Under the pieces are notes generated by a model that did not search any database, was not told the origin of the DNA, and saw only the letters and a program-made list of their open reading frames with translations. Below are positions 54,980 through 64,000 of a DNA stretch of 64,000 nt, piece after piece. The translations under genes and the position numbers were made by a program. Positions within the stretch are counted from its first letter, which is position 1, and each line of letters opens with the position of its first letter. The DNA is from Paramecium tetraurelia. Taxonomy: Eukaryota. The stretch is from the NCBI GenBank assembly GCA_000165425.1, contig CT868031.1, positions 124,001 to 188,000 on the forward strand. Reading direction: 5' to 3'.

Positions 54980-56629
54980 ATGTCATACTAAGAGAAAAAG
55001 GATGTAACGGATTATTTAGTTAATGTGCTGCGATGGACGAGAGATCAAGTCGAAGATTTTGGGCCTTAGTGTTAATGGAATAAGGAAAAAATGATACAAA
55101 CTTATAACAACTTTTATGTCCCTAATATTCAATAAGGAAGACCTTAGGCCCAAAAATTATATGCAGTAAATTTACATCAATCATTGTTTAGCAAGATATT
55201 CAGTAGGAAATGCTCAATCAAAATGATATCGATGATTAGGAATAATTGAAAATTGGACTAATGGCTTCTTAATTTTAATAAGACAATACACCTATCAGAG
55301 ACAGACTAAAACATGATTACTATCCTGTAGGCATATAGAACTTGGGGAACACCTGCTATTTTAATTGTCTATTATAGATAATTTTTTATAATCCTAATTT
55401 GGTTGAATCGATTTTGTAATACAAACAATAAGAGAATAACCAACCTGGAGATACTCTTCAGCAGCTCAGCCAGAATTTTATGACCCAACTTCAGCATGTA
55501 TTTGCTTAATAAATGCTTTGGAATTAGAAGTATTTGAAGCCGTCGGAATTCTATGATGCTGTGATGAAGTTTGAGATGCAAAAACAAAATTACAAGATAG
55601 TTCAAAATAACGAGTTTAGAGATTTAAGCGAATACTTTAATTGCTTTATGGAATTAATCGATTAAACTCTCAGCAGGAATTTCAATAAGCTCAATGATCA
55701 AATCAACTTCTTCTATAATGAAGACTTGGAAAAGCAATATATTATAAAGCAAGACAAGTAGCCTTAATTGTAATGGCATATAGGCATATAGAATAAGCAA
55801 ATCTATAATTTTTTGTATAAAGAAATCATTGAAAACAAAAATTTTATAAAATAGCTGCCCCACAACCTTATTTTCACTATAGGGAGGACAGATCATTTAA
55901 ATAAAAAAATAGAGGAGGAGTTTCATTTTCCTTAGGAATTGCATTTAGATTTCGTTTTACGCGATTAATAGGCTACTGAACATGTTTAAAAATATATCAA
56001 TTAATAACTCTAAACCTATAAGGATTATCAATAATGTAAACTAATCAACTATATTTATAGTAAAAAAGCAAGTAGATGCCTTTGAGAAAGTTGTCAAGCA
56101 TTATGAATCACTCCCCACTTTTGATACGTTTATTCTAAATAGTTTGAAGTTCGAGCACAAACAGAAGATTTAAGAAATGAAACAATACTTTCCCTTGAAT
56201 TACCACCTCTTGAATTAGGAGCTACAAAAGAATTCTAAGCATCTCTATCAATTGGCTCAAATAGTTGCTCACACAGGTAGTATTAATTAGGGTCATTACT
56301 ATTTGTATTAATACAATTTTCATATGAAGAAATGGTTTAAATACAATGACACAGTCGTTGTAATCTAATAAGAATAAGAAGTAATCAGTGATTCCATTAA
56401 ATAAGGAAATATTCTGATTTACATAAATTAGGAACAAAAAAAGAAAGTGGAACAATATTAAAAATAACTATATGATATTGAGACCATTAAAAAAGCAAGG
56501 GGTGTATAATTGCTCTAATATGATAATCACCCATATGAATACTTGTCCAAGATTCCATTAAAAATACGCAAGGAAGTAATTACAAGTAACGAAACCTTTC
56601 AAAATCGATATAACGAATAACATAAATGA
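54980..56629 (+). CDS. Ubiquitin-specific protease (peptidase C19)
   Basis: Cys box GIQNLGNTCYFNCLLQ (~55330); His box LAQIVAHTGSINQGHYY...WFKYNDTVV (~56250-56360). Confidence 0.88.
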
Positions 56630-56765
56630 AAATAAATGATTTTGTCATGATATATATATATTTTTAAAGAGTCATTCATCATAGTAAATACATGAACCAA
56701 TTAAATAAAAAGATCAAATTTATTATAAATCCTAAATTTTATTGTACGATTATAGATAATAAATC

Positions 56766-57621
56766 TCATTTTTTTGCTTATTATGCTGCTAAATCTTCGT
56801 CCATTTGTTTGAGTTAAGCACCACCTCTAAGAAGACCTGATCTTCTGGCAGCAACCAAACCGACCTTTTGTCCTGGTGGGGCATATCTGGAAAGAGTTGA
56901 TGGATGACCAATATGTTATTAGTTACCACCACCATGAGGATGGTCGACTGGATTCATAGCCACACCTCTAACCTTGGGCCAGCATTTTCTGAGTCTTCTG
57001 TACTTGTGGAATTGTCTTCCTGCCTTGAGGATAGGCTTTTCAGTTCTACCTCCACCAGCAATCAATCCTAATTTATAGAATTCTCATATACCTACTGTGG
57101 CTCTGCAGAGGGCACTGAGAGTTTTTCTTGTTCCAGATGGTAATCTGACTCTAGTAGTTGTGCCATCATCTGAATGACCAATAATGGTAGCATAGCAACC
57201 AGTGGCTCTTCCCAAGGCTCCTTTGTCTCCTGGATGTTCTTCCAAGTTGCAGACGACTGTACCTTCAGGGATTTGACCAATTGGAAGTACATTTCCTGTG
57301 GCTAATTGAGCTATTAAGGGTATACAAAATCAAAGTACCTTTAGCTCCGCAGTAAATATATTAACCAGTGTATGATCCTTCAGGAGCAATGAAGAGTTTG
57401 GTGACCTTCTTGTATTTGTATGGATCATTGAATTCAACCTTGGCCAATGGAGCACCTCTTCCTGGATCGTGGATGATTTCTGAAATCACACCTCTGACAT
57501 AGCCGTGTCTCTCAGCATAATCAAGATGTCTGTATTATGGGCTACCAACTCTTTAGTTTTGATGAGCCTTGAAGACACTGTTGGACTTTCCTTTTCTCTA
57601 TGCTCTAATTCTCTTGCCCAT
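56766..57621 (-). CDS. RPL8: 60S ribosomal protein L8 (uL2)
   Basis: MGKRIRAQRKG...[12 protein letters not shown]...[20 protein letters not shown]...[13 protein letters not shown]; two short introns. Confidence 0.98.
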
Positions 57622-57771
57622 ATTTAAAAGATTTTAAATTTTGTTTTCCGAGTGTAAATATTTTGAATAACATGATTAATTCTGGAAGTTAATAAACAAT
57701 CACATGCCATCCAATCATTATTGTTTTTAGATTTTAAATAGAAACTTTAATCCCAAAATACACATAATCAA

Positions 57772-59371
57772 ATGATCATATAGTTTCTTAATTTGAATTT
57801 CCACTCTATTCCTTATTCTACTCTATCAGCTCAATTTTCGTATCACCCTCAAGCTGAAACTCTTTCCATTTATACAATTGGTCGATCCCATCTTATCCTA
57901 ACTCAAAATTATTGATTTTTTAGGCTTTTTCGATATACTGAGTTTTGAATTGTTGCCATGATTCATTTTACAGGTACTATTATAAGTACTCATAATTCTC
58001 AGCCTTCTCCACTATGAAGATTCCCAAGAGCGTAATAAAGCCCAACTATCCCTTCCTTTGTTTTTCTTGATTGTCCACTTTATTAGTGCATTGTATCAAT
58101 AATTAAATAAACTAGTTTTCTTCAAACAACTAAATTCAATTTAAATATTATACATTCTTAATGAGGATATCGATTTAGTTTTCAATCGTCTAAGAAATCA
58201 AATTGAAATATTAGAAATGCAGTATGTCATGCTATTCGTAAGTGAGAAATAGTTAATTGTACACTTTGAATATGTTACATTAATAAAGCCTATTAATAAA
58301 TTACTAATTATTTAAGGAAACTCCAACTCCAATTATTTCAAGTAGTTTTAATTTTTATTGGCCCAAAATGGTAGATTTCTGATTTAATAGATACTCAATC
58401 CAATCAGTGCAATATGGTTCTATTCTAGAAAATACCATATTCACATCTATTTCTGGGCCCTTAACTTTAGACCCATATTATTTTTAATAGGTGTTTTTTA
58501 AGAATTAAAGTAAATTAAAAAGTATGGTGCTTGAGGATAAAGAAATAAAATTATCCTTGAATAAAATAGTTTGACAAAGTTTATTGATGAATTCTCCAAA
58601 AATGATGTCCATATACCATTGTTAGTAATCCTCCACTTTAATCAACTCCTAGATGATGTATGAAACGTTAGACGATATCTCAAATAAATAAATCAATTAC
58701 TTCAAAATTAGTGGAATCATCTATTCTTTTCAGAATAGACTAAAGTAGATTTACTTTTTCATTTTAGTATTATTATGATTAAACCTGTAATAAATAAAGT
58801 AGAAAGTCAGAGACTGAGCGGGATTACAATTATCTGATCATCCCCTCTTAAATTTATGGATTCTGAAAACATTCCCCTACCAATAGTTCCTCTTAAATAT
58901 TTTGGAGTACGTTTATGACAAACCCAGCAAGAACTGAATTAACATCCTGATCCTAAGAAAAAAAATTGAGCAACTTATAAAGAAGCCGTCTTGAAACCTT
59001 AGATATGTGATTTACTTATCATTCTCAATGAAATACTATGGCTTTCCTTTTACAATGAAACACAGGAGGGCACTTGAATAATATGGATATCTATATGCTC
59101 TCTTCGAATTTGAATCATCTTCAGGCATTTCCGTTATATATTTGATCAATTCAAGCACTTGGTCTTCTTGAACACTATTAATCTACTGATTATATTACAA
59201 ATCTAAAATTTTTTCATTCTAAGATTGAGCCTCGGTTATCAGGTTGTCATCGTCCAATAAAGTGGTCAATTATAAATCTTCATTGTTGAAATGAAGGTCA
59301 AATGTAGGGCTTCGTTAGAAAAACCAATGAAAACTACTTTGATGTACTAAATACATACTTTTCAAACATGA
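57772..59371 (+). pseudogene. Hypothetical gene with disrupted frame (pseudogene or error-rich)
   Basis: Coding-like composition on the plus strand but several TGAs and frame changes; no family recognised; boundaries approximate. Confidence 0.4.
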
Positions 59372-59386
59372 GAATTTATTATAATA

Positions 59387-60488
59387 ATGGAATAATTGGC
59401 TGATTAATTGATCAATTAGAATTAATATGAAGAAGCATTCGATCTTTATCAGTAATGTGAATAAACATCTCCAGTACTGATAAAACAAGCCCAACTGGCA
59501 ACCAAGATTGGACTTTTTAAATAGGCGATTAACTTTTATTAATTGGCATATCAAAAAGGAGAGAAGAAGAATGAACTGCTAATCAAGATAGGTAAAAATT
59601 ACAGAATACAGCACATAAGGGAAATTGTAAACTCAAATAGCCAATTATAATGAGGCAATTTAAACCTATAACCATATCTTGAATGTTGATGAAAACAATC
59701 CCATAGCTATGGGTGAATTAGGTTTATACTTTAACTATGATAGGATATACTCTTTACTGCATGGAAGATCATATATAAGCTATTTCTCAATTTACAAAAT
59801 GCTCCAAATATATTTCCATAATCCCTAAATTCCTTAGTAAATTAGGAGATGAACTTAAAAGTGAATACAAATATCATACTGCTAAACTCTACTATTTGAC
59901 AGCCTATTAGATAAAAGCGGACTTTAAAGATTCTATATTTGGATTGATCGAAACTTGTATTCAACTAGAAGAGTATGAGTAGTCATTATAATATTGTCAA
60001 ATTCTTTTGTAAATGGATCCTAATTGTATATAAGCAAATTTAAGAAAATGTATTTAATTTATTAATCTATAAGTGAAAGTAAAGATCCTTACTAATAAAA
60101 TTGAAGAAGCTGAACAAATAGTTAAGTAATTAGATGGAATTTCCCTTAATTATTAGACTGAATATAAATTGATTGATTTGAAAAGCTTAATACTGTTTAA
60201 AAAATAATAATACATCGATTGCATAATTTACCTAAAAGATTTCATAGAATAAGACCAATATTAAATAAAATTGATAGTCACTGTGGCTAAATGCTATTAC
60301 AAGCTTGAAAGTTATGAAGAGGCATTGAATCAATTGGAGATGGTATTTGATGTTTATCAACATTATTACCCAGCATTATAATTGTAGTGTAATTATACAT
60401 TATTAGTTTAGATGAAATACTGATTCATACTAATAAATTAAAGGAGGCAGAAATAATTAAATAAACAATTGATATTCAATATCTATGA
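59387..60488 (+). CDS. Tetratricopeptide-repeat protein
   Basis: TPR patterns such as NYNEAIQTYNHILNVDENNPIAMGELG and AKCYYKLESYEEALNQLEMV; about four short introns; one apparent frameshift ~59560. Confidence 0.8.
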
Positions 60489-61799
60489 TTTTATTTAGAA
60501 TCAGAAATTTATGGGAGTAAATGGGCATAGTCGTTGATTAGAACATTTTTAATATGTATTCTAAGATTCTCCATCATCTTTTTGGTAGTTTGGTAATCGA
60601 TCTCATTAACATTTTTATCACAGTATTTGTATTATAATAGAGTATTGTAAACAGCATGAATTCCACAATCAAAAGAATTTTGTTATTGTGTAACTTCTAC
60701 AATTTTTAGTTTTTCTGAATGGTTTTGTGCTTTGTTAATGGTAGGGATAATCTTCACAACTTTCTGTAAGATAATTTAATCTTGATCATTATTCAATGAA
60801 TTAAGAAGGAAGAGTTATTAATTTTAGCATACCAAAACTAAAAAGTGTCCTCTATCAACATTCATTATAAAAATCAATTTCTTGATATCAGAGATTAGAC
60901 AATTAATTTCTAGGAGTTTAGGTAGAATCAGTGGTTTCTAATCCTTTTAAGTTATATAACTTGAAAAGATGTCCTGGCATTCGATAGTATTAAGATGATA
61001 GATTGATTCTGCAAGGAAATCTTTGTAGTAGTCAATGACCAATTGCAGATAATAATCTATAATCAATTGATTGAGCCATTCTTTATAATTGAGACCTTTG
61101 AAAGTGAAGTTATTAATTGAATAGTCCTAATGATTGAACAGATAACGAGTAGTCGTACCAAGTTTCCTTTATTGATTGTTGTAATTTGATTCGTCTACAA
61201 TTTACTTGACTCCATTTTTGTAGTATTTACGTTCTTGTTTGTCAGTGCTTTTCTATTTCTCAGTGAACAACCCTTATTTCAAATCATTTTCAAAAAAACC
61301 TTCAATAATTAAGTTGTTGTTTTCCTCTTCGTATTTGCCATGTTTCTATCCCCATGAGTAATAGCATTTAATTTTAGAACTGTTTTATGTCCTTTCTAAG
61401 GTGCAAAGTTCAGAAGCAAACCCATCTGCGAAATAGCCTTCAAATCTGTCGGCCTTGTTTTTAAATACCCCTTTTCCATAGGGTAAAAAATGAAATCCAT
61501 CGATACCTCCTTCATAAACAGTCCAATCAGAGTATTCAAAGTCTTTGGGAATAGAAATAAAGTTCTGACAATTTACAAATAGTTTAGAGTCCCTTAAGAT
61601 TACGAATTCTCCTTGATCTACATTATTAATAATACTACAAGGTTTACAATTTATTTTACATATTTCCATTCGGTCTCAATAGTAATCTTTTGCATTGCTA
61701 GTCAGGATGAACGCGTTTAATAATTTTAAACAATGGCTTTCGAATTTAACTCGGCCTGCCATATATTTTTGCCTAAATGTTAATACCTTCATCAATCAT
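60476..61799 (-). CDS. MORN-repeat protein fused to a C-terminal Ulp1/SENP-like (peptidase C48) domain
   Basis: MORN-like YEGGIDGFHFLPYGKGVF, FEGYFADG, YSWGQKHGKYEE, IEGFFENDLKQG. Then EWLNQLIIDYYL, IMNVDRGHFLVLV, LLNSL and TQQQNSFDCGIHAV. Confidence 0.8.
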
Positions 61800-61858
61800 T
61801 TTGCTCTTATTTTCTAACTATTAATTAATTAATTTGTTTATATATACTATAATAAAAT

Positions 61859-62465
61859 TCAATTACTTTATTCAGAATCACTTGAATCTTATTGATTTAT
61901 AGAGTATTCAGTTACTAGATCGAAAATCTCATCTTGAGTCTCCTTATCTAAAAGCTATAGATCAAATTCTATCTAAAGTTGTAATTAAAATAATTACTTA
62001 ATATTTCCCTCTCTCTAAATCCACGATATTGACAGGATTGTCTTATTCTAGGAAGTCTTCCAGTCCCGTACTTTTGCTCTACTGAATATAGACATCTTCT
62101 TCTGCTTCCAATTCTCCAATGAAACAACGCAACTTGTTACCCTGTAAACCATGAGATAATAATCGAGGATAAATGAACATAAAAGATTTGCCATTCAAAT
62201 TCAATGATTACCACAATTCCTTCTTTTATCCATGCTTAACTTGAATGGCTTCAACTAGTTATCTCTCTTAAGGAGATAATTCTTCCATCTTTTTCGGGAA
62301 GTTGAACCAACATATTCTAATATTCGTGATAAAAAGGGATCCAGGAATAGGCTCCAATGAAATTTAAGCGTCGTTTTATCCATAAATTTTGGCTTTGATG
62401 TTTTAAAACAAATGAAGTTTTTCCTCATTCTAAAGCAAATCGAAAGGGTATGCAATACCATTCAT
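61859..62465 (-). CDS. ICln/Lot5-like methylosome subunit (Voldacs domain)
   Basis: GSLFITNIRICWFN, SFMFIYPRLLSHGL, an acidic linker, then IEFDLQLLDKETQDEIFDLVTEYS, paralleling the ICln PH-like motifs; one intron. Confidence 0.68.
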
Positions 62466-62498
62466 ATTCTGTTATAAAAAATAAATATAATTGTAAAT
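62466..62498. promoter_or_regulatory. Putative bidirectional promoter (33 bp between divergent ATGs)
   Basis: ICln-like ATG (minus, 62465) and the next gene's ATG (plus, 62499) are head-to-head. Confidence 0.5.
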
Positions 62499-63952
62499 AT
62501 GTTCTGCCTTTGTGGATCAAAATAGGAAAACAAAGAATAAGAACATGCTTAAAGCACAAATAGAACTACTCTTCAATCCAAAATGAGATTAAATAATTCT
62601 GCCAGTCCAAATAGTATTAGCATTGCTCAAGACTGCAATAGAGTCAGTCAAGAATACACAGATTTCTTGTGTGAGTACGAGAAAAGTTAATAAGAAAAGT
62701 CTTACTTCTTTGACGAATATGAATGTTCCCCTTACTAGAAACTGGAAGTAGCATATTTTATGTTTAAATTAAGGAATCAAAAACCGATTATGAAGAATCT
62801 ATGCTGATGCACTAAGGAGATGGATTATTAGTGAAATCAATCAAAGTCAATCAATAATCCATTGCAAAATTGAAAGATACATTTACAGCATTTATAATGA
62901 GAATTCTCTATGATATTAAGTCGTTCTTTGATGTACTAAAATTCCAATTATATTAAAATAGATCACTCCTCTTTAGGAAGTCAAATTTGTAAAATCGCTT
63001 GTGCCCAACATCCTGACCGAGTTGACCTATCGAAGAGTCAAAAATGATAAGCTATTGATTGCTCATGATCCTACAGGAAGCTTCTTGCTTAAACACCTTT
63101 CCTCCAGTCAATAGATCTATTTCATAGAAGAAACTCAAGTGTTTAGACCAATCTTAGAAAAAGGAATTGAAGTTTTGAATTGCTAGAATAAGTTACATTT
63201 CATAGCTAAATCTAATATTACGGCCAAATTAGACACTGCCATTGTGAGTAAATAAGCTATTTATACTTTTAGATTTGTTGTTTCTTCATGATATTCCTAT
63301 ATATAGTGTAATTTGGGAGTACTTGGATTTGGCACATGATCTAATACTAATCCTCTCTCCAAAGTTAGAGTATCATGAAATGATATCACAATTGAGGTAA
63401 GGAATAAAGAATAGTGCACAGTCGCATATCTACTGCAGTGTAGAAATTCAGTCTGTTTATGAATACAATAAGCTCATAGCCTTTATTGTTTATTATGGCG
63501 ATATATCAGAGATTAAACAAAATTAACAATTGCATTTTCTGTATAAATGCATATCCAAGACAGTTCAGAAAACATTTAAATACAAGGAGTTTCTGAAAAA
63601 TTTGAGGAGTCAGATTGGAGTGATGAAACTGGTCGATTTGTTTTCTCTCTACGGACTATTATTCGATAGTTCGGATGAGAATTTCAAACGATTCTACAAG
63701 CAAGTTAAGAAAGAATACTTTCCGACAATAAAATCTCAAAAGTTCATATAAGTTGATAGCATCAAATCATCCACTGAATCTGAGAGCGAAGGGATTCAAG
63801 AGATATCATCTGTAAACTCCCTTGAAACTGAATTCAAATCTTATAGTAAAAGTGTATCCATACATAAGTCCAATTATGTTTACGTTCACTTCCATTCATA
63901 AAACAGTTAGAAATCAACACAACAGGAAGAACAAATTTAAATCAGTCAATGA
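62499..63952 (+). CDS. Hypothetical protein with N-terminal MFCLCG motif
   Basis: Code-6 frames with short introns (~62748, ~63245) and some frameshifts; includes track ORF 63530-63751; TGA at 63950. Confidence 0.6.
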
Positions 63953-64000
63953 TGTTTATTTATTATTATTTATAACTAAAAGTACTTTAGGAGATAAATT

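Noticed and set aside
2279..62461. Many short ORFs in the supplied track (e.g. 2279-2509, 14104-14433, 18944-19141, 30737-31168, 52726-53022, 55372-55605)
   Set aside because: They are antisense or off-frame shadows of real code-6 genes, produced by translating with the standard code.
1..64000. CRISPR arrays, rRNA/tRNA genes, telomeric G3-4T2-3 tracts, transposons
   Set aside because: None seen by eye; a tRNAscan-SE/Infernal run would be needed to exclude small RNAs in the gaps.

Overview
AT-rich, gene-dense eukaryotic DNA, almost certainly a Paramecium macronuclear chromosome segment. Genes read only in the ciliate code (table 6: TAA/TAG = Gln, TGA = stop) and carry 20-31 nt GT..AG introns, so the supplied standard-code ORF track is fragmentary. 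I re-translated the window by eye. About 31 protein-coding genes are supported. They include three ribosomal proteins (RPS15A, RPS13, RPL8), two trichocyst matrix proteins, an epiplasmin, and three ciliary/centriolar proteins (SAXO-like, CCDC13, DNAAF5). Also present are WDR7, a P5B ATPase, an ABCC transporter, a mitochondrial carrier, an MCU-family protein, a ULK-like kinase, a USP, ICln, a TPR protein and three single-pass surface proteins, plus several decayed gene remnants. The most unusual items are: a myosin with all three nucleotide-site motifs altered and no obvious IQ neck; a MORN-repeat protein fused to a Ulp1/SENP-type protease; a pseudokinase-MORN fusion; an MCU whose filter reads WGVSEP instead of WDIMEP; and a secreted protein with a possible stand-alone GAIN-like domain next to a decayed tandem paralog. 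Single-base frameshifts occur in several conserved genes and are most likely assembly errors. No rRNA, tRNA, CRISPR array, transposon or telomere was seen. I found no compelling multi-gene novel system. Coordinates are hand-counted, and gene ends of hypothetical genes are approximate.
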